Below are positions 1-8,835 of a stretch of DNA of 23,161 bases, in pieces. Every line of letters starts with the position of its first letter. Positions within the stretch are counted from its first letter, which is position 1. Both the position numbers and the translations under genes were made by a program. Below the pieces are notes generated by a model. That model was given only the letters and a program-made list of their open reading frames with translations, was not told where the DNA came from and made no database searches. This stretch comes from a virus (lineage: Duplodnaviria; Heunggongvirae; Uroviricota; Caudoviricetes), in the IMG/VR virus record IMGVR_UViG_2698536622_000004, one strand, 5' to 3'.

Positions 1-1053
1 TTACGGGGTAATGCCAACCGCTGCCGCCACTTTGTCGCCACTTGGCAGCGTTGCCAGAGGATTGAAACGGAGCGCCGTTTCCAGATGATCCGGTGCCAGA
101 TGTGCGTAACGCATAGTCATTTTTATATCGTGGTGTCCGAGAATTTTTTGTAAGGCCAGAATGTTTCCACCCGACATCATGAAGTGCGCCGCAAACGTAT
201 GGCGCAGAACGTGTGTGAGTTGACCGCGAGGGAGCACGATAGACGTTTTTTCCATCACGGATAAAAATTGAAAATAGCAGTCTGTGAAGAAATTGAACCC
301 ATCAAGCGCCATGATCTCTTCATAAAGCTCTTTACTGATAGGGATGCTTCTGTTTTTCTTCCCCTTCGTTCTTACAAAGGTAATTCGGTATTTGGTCACC
401 TGTGAGCGGGTAAGATTTACGGCTTCACGCCAGCGTGCGCCTGTGCTTAAGCATATCTTAACTACTAGTGCCAGAATTGGGTCCTGACGTTTGCAATCAG
501 CCAGCAATTCAACAATCTGCTCATGAGTAAGCCATGCCATCTCTTTTTCTGCGATGGTGAATTTTCGCATGTTCTCCAGTGGATTCGGATACGACCATTC
601 GCCCAGGCGGGATAGTTCGCTAAAAACACTACTTAGATAGCTTTGCTCCAGGTTAATGGTGACCGGGCTTGCTCCTTTCTTCCATTTCTCGCTGAAGTAG
701 ATCTCACCTGTCAGGCGTTTATCTCGATAGTGGGCAAACATTTTAGAGGTTAGATCAGTTGCAAGGGGATTGCCCAGAGCGTCAACCATCAGCAGCAATT
801 TGTCATAGACATGCTGCCCGGCAGTCAGAGATTTACCATGTAGTTTGAACCATAGCTCAACCACGTCTTTCAGAGTTCGACGATCCACGGATTCACCCAG
901 CCAGGGCTTTGCTTCGGTTTCTTCCATCGTGTGACGCTCAAAAGCCAGAGCTTCGCCTTTGGTGGTGAATTGTTTACGCACACGACGTCCACTACGTCCG
1001 GCAGGGTAACATTCGCAAAGCCATTTTCCTGTGGTGAGTTTTCGTACTGCCAT
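1..1053 (-). CDS. int: Tyrosine recombinase / phage integrase (P2 Int-like), 350 aa
   Basis: Translation carries the conserved C-terminal catalytic region (LRHTFAAHFMMSGGNILALQKILGHHDIKMTMRYAHL, i.e. R-H-x-x...H...Y). Start placed at ATG 1051-1053 (MAVRKL...) with GGAGGG 9 nt upstream, not at the track's upstream ATG at 1131. Stop codon is bases 1-3. Confidence 0.9.
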   Translation of the reverse strand: MAVRKLTTGKWLCECYPAGRSGRRVRKQFTTKGEALAFERHTMEETEAKPWLGESVDRRTLKDVVELWFKLHGKSLTAGQHVYDKLLLMVDALGNPLATDLTSKMFAHYRDKRLTGEIYFSEKWKKGASPVTINLEQSYLSSVFSELSRLGEWSYPNPLENMRKFTIAEKEMAWLTHEQIVELLADCKRQDPILALVVKICLSTGARWREAVNLTRSQVTKYRITFVRTKGKKNRSIPISKELYEEIMALDGFNFFTDCYFQFLSVMEKTSIVLPRGQLTHVLRHTFAAHFMMSGGNILALQKILGHHDIKMTMRYAHLAPDHLETALRFNPLATLPSGDKVAAAVGITP

Positions 1054-1239
1054 AAAAAATGCCCTCCAATAGAGAGCATTTTTACTGTATGTATAACCAG
1101 TGTCAATGTATGAAATCCTGCGACCATACATCTCACTGAAGCCATAATGAAGTTGGCTATTTTTTGCTATGTGAGTATGTGACTTTTGCGGTTAGCCTGC
1201 GGCTCATTGTTATATTAGGCGCAGATATAAAAGCAAAAT

Positions 1240-1431
1240 TTATCGCGAGTTTTTAGTACAGATTTTTTTTGATTTACTAATAGTTCCATCATTGCAAACG
1301 AACTTTCCATCGGAGGTACAGTGAGAGACACCTCCCTTTTTCCCAGAACAAGGATAATTTTTAGCATAGGTAGTTAGTGGGTTTAATAACAAAGAGCATG
1401 ATAAAACCACAAAAAATACCTTACCAAGCAT
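1240..1431 (-). CDS. Small secreted cysteine-rich protein (63 aa precursor; predicted signal peptide, mature ~40 aa with 4 Cys)
   Basis: ATG at 1429-1431 preceded by GGGAGG at 5 nt spacing. N-terminus [23 protein letters not shown] looks like a Sec signal peptide; the mature part is K/G-rich with 4 Cys. Lies 15 nt downstream of the repressor stop on the same strand, so probably co-transcribed with cI and int. Confidence 0.55.
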   Translation of the reverse strand: MLGKVFFVVLSCSLLLNPLTTYAKNYPCSGKKGGVSHCTSDGKFVCNDGTISKSKKICTKNSR

Positions 1432-1446
1432 AGTTTCCTCCCGGTA

Positions 1447-2016
1447 TTACCTAACGTACTTAATTGTTAAACTTATAATTTTCCCAATTATTTCAACATC
1501 TCCTATCTTGCACTCGAAGGCTCTGTTTCCACCTTCAACGAAGATTCTTCCACCGGGTAAACGAGTAATGTCGCGGATTGTTATTTCGCCATCAATACTT
1601 ATTACCCATTTACCGTCACGTATATCATCAAATTCTTTATCACAAATAAATTCAGAATTGTTATCTGTGATGACAAAAGGTTTTTTAAACGTAGAGGGTA
1701 GAAATCCCTTATCAAAAATATAAAAACCGTCTTCACGCAAGGCACCATCAGATAATACATATTTAGCAACTTCCATAGTATTTGTATTACCTGAAGTTTG
1801 CTTTGAACCATGTCCGGTTGTGAGCCAATTAAGCGAGGTGCCCGTTTCAAGGGCGCACTGGATTACCCATTCTGCTGGGAATGAGTCACGCATGTAGCGT
1901 GTGGCGAGTGTACTTTTAGAGATTCCTAAATGATCGCACAACGCCTGTCGAGTTTTGAATCCATAAGCTTCTACCATGCGCTCTATAGCGCCTCGTCCGC
2001 CTTTCTCCAAATTCAT
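1447..2016 (-). CDS. cI: 186-type CI immunity repressor (N-terminal HTH, C-terminal oligomerisation domain), 189 aa
   Basis: HTH-like segment TRQALCDHLGISKSTLATRY near the N-terminus; size and position (between int and the divergent early operon) match phage 186 CI rather than the ~99 aa P2 C. Start chosen at ATG 2014-2016 (GGAG 5 nt upstream); the track's 2022 start is a GTG overlapping the SD. Confidence 0.8.
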   Translation of the reverse strand: MNLEKGGRGAIERMVEAYGFKTRQALCDHLGISKSTLATRYMRDSFPAEWVIQCALETGTSLNWLTTGHGSKQTSGNTNTMEVAKYVLSDGALREDGFYIFDKGFLPSTFKKPFVITDNNSEFICDKEFDDIRDGKWVISIDGEITIRDITRLPGGRIFVEGGNRAFECKIGDVEIIGKIISLTIKYVR

Positions 2017-2040
2017 GGTCACTCCAAGTGAACTTTTATC

Positions 2041-2069
2041 TTGACGATTTCACTGTGCGATCGTATGTT
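2041..2069 (+). promoter_or_regulatory. Candidate early lytic promoter (pR-like): -35 TTGACG, 17-nt spacer, -10 TATGTT
   Basis: TTGACG at 2041-2046 and TATGTT at 2064-2069 in the cI/apl divergent intergenic region, oriented toward the early operon. Confidence 0.4.
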
Positions 2070-2141
2070 TATGGTGTTCACAAAATACAAACGATCCGTA
2101 TTCGTCCTGATTAATCATCATTAAACGAGGAATGTTGCATC

Positions 2142-2363
2142 ATGAGACCTAACATTTCAATCACTCTTACCACGCCTCATGTGACTATTGAACGCTATAG
2201 CGAGCTGACAGGGCTGTCCATCGATACCATCAATGACATGTTGGCTGACGGACGCCTTATCCGTCACCGTCTGCGCAAAGATAAAAAACGTGAAAAAGTG
2301 ATGATCAACATAGCAGCCATGACCGTTGATGCGCTTTCAGAATGCAATCTAAACCTTAATTAG
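2142..2363 (+). CDS. Apl/Cox-like small HTH DNA-binding protein (excision/repression control), 73 aa
   Basis: First gene of the rightward early operon. Small basic protein with an HTH-like segment ([22 protein letters not shown]). Assigned by position and size analogy to 186 Apl / P2 Cox. Confidence 0.6.
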   Translation: MRPNISITLTTPHVTIERYSELTGLSIDTINDMLADGRLIRHRLRKDKKREKVMINIAAMTVDALSECNLNLN

Positions 2364-2395
2364 TTCGATTCTGAAATACATCAGAGGCATTGACC

Positions 2396-2905
2396 ATGTT
2401 TGATTACCAAGTTTCCAAACATCCACATTTTGATGAAGCCTGTCGTGCATTCGCATTGCGCCACAACCTAGTGCAACTGGCAGAACGTGCAGGCATGAAT
2501 GTGCAGATTCTGCGGAACAAGCTGAACCCAGCTCAACCTCATTTATTAACCGCACCAGAAATCTGGTTGCTTACCGATCTGACTGAAGATTCAACGCTGG
2601 TAGATGGCTTTCTGGCACAGATTCAATGCCTGCCATGTGTACCGATTAATGAGGTGGCAAAAGAGAAACTGCCGCATTACGTCATGAGTGCAACTGCAGA
2701 GATAGGGCGTGTCGCGGCAGGTGCGGTTTCTGGCGATGTAAAAACCAGTGCAGGCCGTCGTGATGCGATCAGCAGCATTAACTCTGTTACACGACTGATG
2801 GCGCTGGCTGCTGTTTCATTGCAGGCCCGTTTACAGGCTAATCCTGCGATGGCGAGTGCAGTTGATACCGTGACTGGCCTCGGTGCTTCATTCGGTTTGC
2901 TGTGA
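2396..2905 (+). CDS. cII: CII-like lysogeny-establishment transcription activator (186 CII family), 169 aa
   Basis: ATG at 2396 with AGAGG 8 nt upstream (track start 2390 is TTG). N-terminus [37 protein letters not shown] and the 169-aa length match my recollection of phage 186 CII. Confidence 0.7.
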   Translation: MFDYQVSKHPHFDEACRAFALRHNLVQLAERAGMNVQILRNKLNPAQPHLLTAPEIWLLTDLTEDSTLVDGFLAQIQCLPCVPINEVAKEKLPHYVMSATAEIGRVAAGAVSGDVKTSAGRRDAISSINSVTRLMALAAVSLQARLQANPAMASAVDTVTGLGASFGLL

Positions 2906-2912
2906 GGTGCTT

Positions 2913-3113
2913 ATGCTGACGAAAGAACCATCATTTGCATCGCTGCTGGTAAAACAAAGTCCGGCAATGCACTACGGTCACGGCTGGATCATGGGTGAGG
3001 ATGGTAAACGCTGGCATCCGTGCCGTTCACAAGATGAATTGCTGGCAGAACTATCAACGAAAAAACGGGGGAACCAATGGCTATTGAAGGCGCTGCGGCG
3101 ACTGTTCCATTAA
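2913..3113 (+). CDS. Hypothetical early protein, 66 aa (occupies the 186 fil position)
   Basis: ATG at 2913 with GAGGTG immediately upstream, 8 nt after the cII stop; the track's 2883 start is a GTG inside cII. No recognisable motif. Confidence 0.45.
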   Translation: MLTKEPSFASLLVKQSPAMHYGHGWIMGEDGKRWHPCRSQDELLAELSTKKRGNQWLLKALRRLFH

Positions 3114-3418
3114 GCCCCGGTGAACGCCTGAATGGACTTAATCACATTGCGGAGTTAAGGGCGAAAGTTTTTGGCCTGAATATTGAGTCAGAGCTTGAGC
3201 GGTTTATTAAAGATATGCGTGATCCACGGGATATCAATAATGAACAAAATAAACGGGCACTGGCTGCCATATTCTTTATGGCAAAAATTCCAGCTGAACG
3301 TCATAGCATCAGCATTAATGAGCTGACCACTGACGAAAAGCGGGAGCTGATTAAAGCAATGAATCATTTTCGTGCAGTGGTGAGCTTATTTCCCAGACGG
3401 CTAACCATGCCGAATTAA
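3077..3418 (+). CDS. Hypothetical early protein, 113 aa
   Basis: ATG at 3077 with GGGGGAA upstream; overlaps the preceding ORF by 37 nt in another frame. Basic C-terminus; no catalytic motif seen. Confidence 0.5.
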   Translation: MAIEGAAATVPLSPGERLNGLNHIAELRAKVFGLNIESELERFIKDMRDPRDINNEQNKRALAAIFFMAKIPAERHSISINELTTDEKRELIKAMNHFRAVVSLFPRRLTMPN

Positions 3419-3485
3419 CCAACTAATGAAATTAATGGCGTAAACCCGCCGGGCATCCCTTTATCTAAATTCAGGAGAATTGATT

Positions 3486-3719
3486 ATGCGTAATATTGAT
3501 ACCCTCACGACTAAAACCGGACCGGATGACGCAGGGCTTAATATTTTACTGACAGAGGCTCGTCTGGAAGAACGCCGGGCAAGGGCTGAAGCAATGGCAG
3601 CTCGCCTTGATCGCCTGGCATGTCATATCACATCCCGCCAGTTAAACCACGTCGAAGCGGCAGAACTGCTGCGTGTGACTGCTGAAGCAATCCAGAACGA
3701 AGCGCAGGAGATCCACTGA
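3486..3719 (+). CDS. Hypothetical early protein, 77 aa, Arg/Ala/Glu-rich (probably helical)
   Basis: ATG at 3486 with AGGAG 8 nt upstream (track start 3480 is TTG). Stop TGA overlaps the next ATG. Confidence 0.5.
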   Translation: MRNIDTLTTKTGPDDAGLNILLTEARLEERRARAEAMAARLDRLACHITSRQLNHVEAAELLRVTAEAIQNEAQEIH

Positions 3720-3946
3720 TGGCTGATGCAATGGATCTCGTCCAGCAGCGAGTTGAAGAAGAACGCCAACGTCATATCCGTGCTGCCCGTGCCAAAACGC
3801 CGGGCGTGTCCCGCGTGCTTTGCGTTGAGTGTGAAGCGCCAATTCCGCCAGCACGCCGTCGTGCCATTCCGGGTGTGCAGCTTTGCATTACCTGTCAGGA
3901 AATCGCAGAGCTGAAAGGCAAACATTACAACGGAGGTGCTGTATGA
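3719..3946 (+). CDS. TraR/DksA-family C4 zinc-finger protein, 75 aa
   Basis: CVEC...(17 aa)...CITC four-cysteine zinc-finger signature. Start overlaps the upstream stop (TGATG) and the stop overlaps the downstream start (ATGA). Confidence 0.75.
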   Translation: MADAMDLVQQRVEEERQRHIRAARAKTPGVSRVLCVECEAPIPPARRRAIPGVQLCITCQEIAELKGKHYNGGAV

Positions 3947-4800
3947 GCACCATCCTGAAATGGGCGGGAAATAAAACCGCCATAATGTCCGAACTGAAAA
4001 AGCATCTTCCTGCTGGCCCGCGACTGGTTGAACCTTTCGCGGGTTCCTGTGCTGTGATGATGGAGACGGATTACCCCAGCTATCTTGTTGCGGATATTAA
4101 TCCTGATTTAATCAACCTCTATAAAAAGGTTGCTGCTGATTGTGAGGCGTTTATATCTCGTGCCAGAGCTTTATTTGAGGAAGCAAACAGGGAGGTGGCT
4201 TATTACAACATAAGGCAGGAGTTTAATTACTCCACTGAAATTACTGATTTCATGAAAGCGGTATATTTTCTGTATCTCAATCGTCATGGTTACCGTGGGT
4301 TATGTCGCTATAACAAGAGCGGGTATTTCAACATTCCCTACGGTAATTATAAAAATCCGTATTTCCCTGAAAAAGAAATTCGCGCATTTGCAGAGAAAGC
4401 CCAGCGAGCAACGTTTATCTGCGCCAGCTTTGATGAAACGCTGGCGATGCTGCAGGTGGGGGATGTGGTGTATTGCGATCCGCCTTATGACGGTACGTTT
4501 TCCGGTTATCACACTGACGGCTTCACTGAAGATGACCAGTATCACCTGGCATCCGTTCTTGAACATCGGTCATCAGAAGGACATCCCGTCATTGTTTCTA
4601 ACAGTGACACATCCCTGATCCGTTCGCTGTATCGCAATTTTACTCACCACTACATCAAGGCAAAACGCAGCATCGGTGTGGCAGCTGGTGATAGTAAATC
4701 TGCAACAGAAATCATTGCTGTTTCCGGGGCGCGCTGCTGGGTGGGATTTGATCCATCGCGTGGCGTAGATAGTTCTGCTGTGTACGAGGTGCGTGTATGA
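3943..4800 (+). CDS. dam: DNA N6-adenine methyltransferase, Dam (GATC) family, 285 aa
   Basis: AdoMet-binding motif [11 protein letters not shown] and catalytic DPPY; alignable by eye over most of its length with E. coli Dam (KWAG..K, FLYLNR.GY.GLCRYN, VYCDPPY). ATG at 3943 with GGAGGTG upstream; track start 3883 is upstream of this. Confidence 0.85.
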   Translation: MSTILKWAGNKTAIMSELKKHLPAGPRLVEPFAGSCAVMMETDYPSYLVADINPDLINLYKKVAADCEAFISRARALFEEANREVAYYNIRQEFNYSTEITDFMKAVYFLYLNRHGYRGLCRYNKSGYFNIPYGNYKNPYFPEKEIRAFAEKAQRATFICASFDETLAMLQVGDVVYCDPPYDGTFSGYHTDGFTEDDQYHLASVLEHRSSEGHPVIVSNSDTSLIRSLYRNFTHHYIKAKRSIGVAAGDSKSATEIIAVSGARCWVGFDPSRGVDSSAVYEVRV

Positions 4801-7211
4801 GTCATGACGATATGAGCAACTCTAGCGGCTTTAACGAGGCCGCTGCATCATTTTCATGGAACGGCCCGAAAAAGGCCATTAACCCTTATCTGGACCCGGC
4901 GGAAGTTGCGCCGGAGTCTGCACTTTCAAACCTGATCACTCTGTATGTTGCCGATAACGAGCAGGAACAACTGCGCCGCGAGGCACTGAGTGAGCAGGTC
5001 TGGGAGCGTTATTTCTTTAATGAATCCCGTGATCCTGTCCAGCGCGAAATGGAGCAGGATAAGCTCATTAGCCGGGCAAAGCTGGCGCATGAGCAGCAGC
5101 GTTTTAATCCAGACATGGTCATTCTGGCTGACGTCAACGCCCAGCCTTCCCATATCAGCAAGCCGCTGATGCAACGTATTGAATACTTCAGCAGCTTGGG
5201 CAGGCCAAAGGCTTATTCCCGCTATTTGCGTGAGACGATTAAGCCATGTCTGGAACGACTGGAGCATGTACGCGACAGTCAGCTATCCACTTCTTTTCGC
5301 TTTATGGCAAGCCATGAAGGGCTGGACGGCCTGCTGATCCTGCCTGAAATGAGTCAGGATCAGGTAAAACGCCTGTCCACCCTGGTAGCTGCGCATATGA
5401 GCATGTGCCTTGATGCCGCTTGTGGCGATTTATATGCCACCGATGACGTTAAGCCAGAAGAAATCCGCAAGACATGGGAAAAGGTGGCAGCGGAAACCCT
5501 GCGACTGGATGTTATCCCGCCTGCGTTTGAGCAACTCCGCCGGAAAAGAAACCGCCGTAAACCAGTGCCCTATGAACTCATTCCGGGCTCGCTGGCGCGT
5601 ATGCTGTGCGCCGACTGGTGGTATCGGAAATTGTGGAAGATGCGTTGCGAATGGCGGGAAGAGCAGTTGCGTGCTGTCTGCCTGGTCAGCAAAAAAGCAT
5701 CTCCCTATGTCAGCTATGAAGCTGTGATGCATAAACGTGAGCAGCGCCGTAAGTCGCTGGAGTTTTTCCGTTCTCATGAACTGGTGAACGAAGACGGAGA
5801 CGCGCTGGATATGGAAGATGTGGTAAACGCCAGCTGCAGCAACCCGGCGCATCGCCGCAATGAGATGATGGCCTGTGTTAAAGGTCTGGAGCTTATCGCG
5901 GAAATGCGCGGTGACTGCGCCGTTTTCTACACTATTACCTGTCCGTCACGTTTCCATTCCACGCTCAATAACGGCAGACCCAACCCGACCTGGCAAAACG
6001 CGACGGTAAGACAAAGCAGCGATTATCTGGTCGGTATGTTTGCTGCATTTCGTAAGGCGATGCACAAAGCCGGGTTGCGCTGGTATGGCGTGCGGGTGGC
6101 TGAGCCGCATCACGACGGCACAGTTCACTGGCACCTGTTGTGTTTCATGCGCAAAAAAGACCGCCGCGCCATTACTGCATTGTTGCGTAAGTTTGCTATC
6201 CGTGAAGACCGCGAGGAGCTGGGCAATAACACGGGGCCGCGCTTTAAGTCTGAGCTGATTAACCCGCGCAAAGGAACGCCGACAAGCTACATAGCGAAAT
6301 ACATCAGTAAGAACATTGACGGGCGTGGTCTGGCTGGCGAGATCAGCAAGGAAACGGGTAAATCTCTTCGTGATAACGCTGAATACGTGAATGCCTGGGC
6401 GTCTTTGCATCGTGTTCAGCAATTCCGCTTCTTTGGTATTCCGGGGCGTCAGGCTTACCGTGAACTGCGATTGCTGGCTGGTCAGGCGGCAAGGCAGCAG
6501 GGTGACAAAAAAGCAGGTGTGCCGGTACTGGATAACCCGCGCCTTGATGCCATTCTGGCTGCTGCTGATGCTGGTTGTTTTGCCACCTATATCATGAAGC
6601 AGGGAGGTGTACTGGTTCCCCGTAAATATCACCTCATCAGAACCGCTTATGAAATTAACGAAGAGCCGACCGCCTATGGCGATCACGGTATTCGTATTTA
6701 TGGCATCTGGTCACCCATTGCAGAGGGCAAGATCTGCACTCATGCAGTGAAGTGGAAAATGGTTCGTAAGGCCGTTGACGTTCAGGAGGCGGCAGCCGAC
6801 CAGGGCGCTTGCGCCCCTTGGACTCGTGGCAATAACTGTCCCCTTGCTGAAAATTTGAACCAACATGAGAAAGATGAATCAGCAGATGGGGATACCAGAA
6901 CGGACATTACCTGCATGGATGACAAGGAATTGCACGATTACCTGCACAGTATGAGCAAAAAAGAGCGCCGGGAACTGGCAGCAAGATTGCGCCTGGTTAA
7001 ACCGAAACGGCGTAAAGACTACAAACAGCGAATTACAGAGTATCAGCGTCAGCAGCTCGTCTATGAACTGAAGTCCAGAGGATTTGATGGCAGCGAGAAA
7101 GAGGTCGATTTGCTCCTTTGCGGTGGCAGTATTCCGTCAGGAGCAGGCCTGCGTATCTTCTATCGGAACCAGCGTTTGCAGGAAGATGATAAGTGGCGGA
7201 ACCTGTATTAA
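4797..7211 (+). CDS. A: Rolling-circle replication initiation endonuclease (P2 gpA family), 804 aa
   Basis: HUH-type metal-binding motif ([13 protein letters not shown]) and tyrosine-containing segment ([13 protein letters not shown]) typical of gpA-like relaxases. Last gene of the early operon; ATG overlaps the dam stop (ATGA). Confidence 0.9.
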   Translation: MSHDDMSNSSGFNEAAASFSWNGPKKAINPYLDPAEVAPESALSNLITLYVADNEQEQLRREALSEQVWERYFFNESRDPVQREMEQDKLISRAKLAHEQQRFNPDMVILADVNAQPSHISKPLMQRIEYFSSLGRPKAYSRYLRETIKPCLERLEHVRDSQLSTSFRFMASHEGLDGLLILPEMSQDQVKRLSTLVAAHMSMCLDAACGDLYATDDVKPEEIRKTWEKVAAETLRLDVIPPAFEQLRRKRNRRKPVPYELIPGSLARMLCADWWYRKLWKMRCEWREEQLRAVCLVSKKASPYVSYEAVMHKREQRRKSLEFFRSHELVNEDGDALDMEDVVNASCSNPAHRRNEMMACVKGLELIAEMRGDCAVFYTITCPSRFHSTLNNGRPNPTWQNATVRQSSDYLVGMFAAFRKAMHKAGLRWYGVRVAEPHHDGTVHWHLLCFMRKKDRRAITALLRKFAIREDREELGNNTGPRFKSELINPRKGTPTSYIAKYISKNIDGRGLAGEISKETGKSLRDNAEYVNAWASLHRVQQFRFFGIPGRQAYRELRLLAGQAARQQGDKKAGVPVLDNPRLDAILAAADAGCFATYIMKQGGVLVPRKYHLIRTAYEINEEPTAYGDHGIRIYGIWSPIAEGKICTHAVKWKMVRKAVDVQEAAADQGACAPWTRGNNCPLAENLNQHEKDESADGDTRTDITCMDDKELHDYLHSMSKKERRELAARLRLVKPKRRKDYKQRITEYQRQQLVYELKSRGFDGSEKEVDLLLCGGSIPSGAGLRIFYRNQRLQEDDKWRNLY

Positions 7212-7305
7212 TCACGCGGGTTAACAATTCGTGCTCTTAATAATACCAGGCATATCAGGCTGATGAACGTAAAAAAACGTTTTACATCAGTAAGATTATT
7301 ATATA

Positions 7306-7321
7306 CTGTAAATATAAACAG
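7306..7321. promoter_or_regulatory. LexA (SOS) box: CTGT-N8-ACAG within TACTGTAAATATAAACAGTG
   Basis: Matches the enterobacterial LexA consensus TACTGTATATATATACAGTA at the CTGT/ACAG arms with an AT-only spacer. Sits ~45 nt upstream of the small ORF at 7365 and overlaps candidate -10 hexamers (TATACT at 7302-7307). Confidence 0.6.
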
Positions 7322-7364
7322 TGGTTATATGTACAGTATTGCGTATGGTGTTATAGGAGGAAAG

Positions 7365-7553
7365 ATGCAGGACTATTTTTTGGAGTCTTTGAAGCTCCAG
7401 CGCATTGATTTTTTTCTTAAGCTTGTAGCGGCTAGTGAGTGTAGTGATGAAGAGAAGGGGCTAGCTCTGCAGTGGGTTTCTGAATTGACTGATGAGTTGA
7501 TGGCGAAAATTCGAAGCCATGAATACAGTAGGTCGATGGATGTAATCAGTTGA
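7365..7553 (+). CDS. Small acidic protein, 62 aa, downstream of a LexA box; candidate SOS-inducible antirepressor (186 Tum-like position) or other SOS cargo
   Basis: ATG at 7365 with AGGAGG 4 nt upstream. The longer track ORF starting at 7263 would contain the LexA box, so the shorter start is preferred. Followed by a terminator hairpin. Confidence 0.45.
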   Translation: MQDYFLESLKLQRIDFFLKLVAASECSDEEKGLALQWVSELTDELMAKIRSHEYSRSMDVIS

Positions 7554-7585
7554 GCTTGTTTCGTTAGGACTTGATAAGGGAACCG

Positions 7586-7607
7586 AAAAGGGGCATTAAG
7601 CCCCTTT
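7586..7607. terminator. Bidirectional intrinsic terminator-like hairpin (AAAAGGGGC-ATTAA-GCCCCTTT)
   Basis: GC-rich 5-bp core stem extended by A/T pairs, flanked by A-run and T-run. Sits between the stop of the plus-strand small ORF (7553) and the stop of the minus-strand lipoprotein gene (7621). Confidence 0.5.
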
Positions 7608-7620
7608 CTCATAAGTTGAT

Positions 7621-7920
7621 TTAGTTGTTACCCAAAGAGCCGGCCATGGCTGCATATTTAATTTCTTCGCTGGGTATTTCAGGATGTAGTTGAATTTGCC
7701 TGATGATATAGCCAGGAACTTCTTCACTCCACAGTTTCGCCGCGTCCTTACAGACCTTATACGCGAAGTCTCTATTCTCAAAGGCATAGGATTTTCCGTA
7801 TGCATATTGCTGACAGGCATGAACATAAGCTCCGAAGTCGCCGTCTTTATCTGGCAAAGCACATCCAGCTAAGGCTATGATGATTGCTACTAACGTAAAG
7901 GAGAAAGTTATACGTTTCAT
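7621..7920 (-). CDS. Small lipoprotein, 99 aa (lipobox LAGC)
   Basis: N-terminus MKRITFSFTLVAIIIALAGC is a typical lipoprotein signal peptide with lipobox cysteine. AT-rich codon usage unlike the phage core. Confidence 0.6.
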   Translation of the reverse strand: MKRITFSFTLVAIIIALAGCALPDKDGDFGAYVHACQQYAYGKSYAFENRDFAYKVCKDAAKLWSEEVPGYIIRQIQLHPEIPSEEIKYAAMAGSLGNN

Positions 7921-7976
7921 GGTCTCTTTCTAAGCGTTTAGCATTATTTAACTAAGGGGTATCTGCCGTGATTTGG

Positions 7977-8005
7977 TAGTCCCTGATATATATTCTCAGG
8001 GACTA
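7977..8005. repeat. Perfect 10-bp inverted repeat TAGTCCCTGA / TCAGGGACTA with 9-nt AT loop
   Basis: Read directly at 7977-7986 and 7996-8005; lies in the 108-nt gap between the two lipoprotein genes. No clear U-tract, so it may be an operator or RNA processing/attenuator structure rather than a terminator. Confidence 0.4.
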
Positions 8006-8028
8006 TGCTGAAGTAGCTTTAATTTTGA

Positions 8029-8835
8029 TTATTTAGAAAGGTACTTATCTCTAAGTTGATTCAGTCTGTCAGCATCGCGTTCTGAAAACTCGGCGTCACC
8101 ATAGATCGATTTCCCATCTGCGTCTTCAAGGCCAATGACTGTGACGGTAAATATAGCATCAGCCGGAACTTTAAGTTTTCCCCAATCAGAGTATCTATTA
8201 GGGGCTAATTTCCAGTTGGCTTTCTCACCTGGTTCCAGACCTCCAGAAATTTTATAGTTGAAGACGTCAGAGAACCAAGGGACGCTTCTTCCTGGGCTGG
8301 CAATAACTCCTTTGAAGAATACTCTGGCAACCGCTTTGTCTGTTCCGTTTTCAACGCTAATATCCAGAATTGGCTGATCATTGCCGTAATCCTCTTTCTG
8401 GAAATAAAAACGGGAACGTTCGACCTTGAAGGCTTTCATTTTTTCCGCAGCCTGTGTTGCAGAGGTTTGTTTGGCTTCCAGTTCTTTTATTTCTTGCAGA
8501 GCCTGTTCTTTCTCTCTCTTCTCACGCTCAAGGCGAATAGTTTGTGCGTAATTTATAACCTCATCACCAGTTTTACCTTCCAGCGCTGACTTAATTTTTG
8601 TTTCGTAGACGTCCCCAGAAGACGTTCCAGCCTGCATTAGCTCTCTCATGTTGATTTGGCTAAAGGCAACGACTTTAACTGCATCATCAAACTGAGCTTT
8701 TTTATCTGCAGGTAAGGACTCTCTTACTTTTTGAATGGACTCTTTCATCGACTGATCGCTTGATGCATCGATCTTCGGTTTGTCACAAGCAGTAAGCAGC
8801 AGAGCAAAAGCAATTACGCCAGTTAATTTCTTCAT
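8029..8835 (-). CDS. Lipoprotein, 268 aa (lipobox LLTAC), with a Lys/Glu-rich coiled-coil-like segment and a C-terminal domain of unknown function
   Basis: Start placed at the internal ATG (8833-8835) giving MKKLTGVIAFALLLTAC; the track start at 8907 adds 24 residues with no SD. Periplasmic-type composition. Same strand as the 99-aa lipoprotein gene downstream. Confidence 0.6.
   Translation of the reverse strand: MKKLTGVIAFALLLTACDKPKIDASSDQSMKESIQKVRESLPADKKAQFDDAVKVVAFSQINMRELMQAGTSSGDVYETKIKSALEGKTGDEVINYAQTIRLEREKREKEQALQEIKELEAKQTSATQAAEKMKAFKVERSRFYFQKEDYGNDQPILDISVENGTDKAVARVFFKGVIASPGRSVPWFSDVFNYKISGGLEPGEKANWKLAPNRYSDWGKLKVPADAIFTVTVIGLEDADGKSIYGDAEFSERDADRLNQLRDKYLSK

Noticed and set aside
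1054-1131. N-terminal 26-codon extension of the integrase ORF suggested by the ORF track
   Set aside because: The internal ATG at 1051-1053 has a GGAGG Shine-Dalgarno at proper spacing and gives the conserved MAVRKL-type integrase N-terminus; the extension has no SD.
5946-6686. 246-aa minus-strand ORF (and others at 4926-5267, 5430-5852) inside replication gene A
   Set aside because: Antisense to a well-supported, motif-bearing gene in GC-rich DNA; no SD and an implausible low-complexity translation. Treated as spurious.
7263-7280. Small hairpin AACGT-AAAAAA-ACGTT just after gene A
   Set aside because: Only a 5-bp AT-containing stem with an A-only loop; too weak to call a terminator with any confidence.
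7263-7364. Longer 96-aa version of the small ORF starting at 7263
   Set aside because: The LexA box and candidate promoter hexamers lie inside this extension, and a strong AGGAGG precedes the ATG at 7365; the short form is more plausible.
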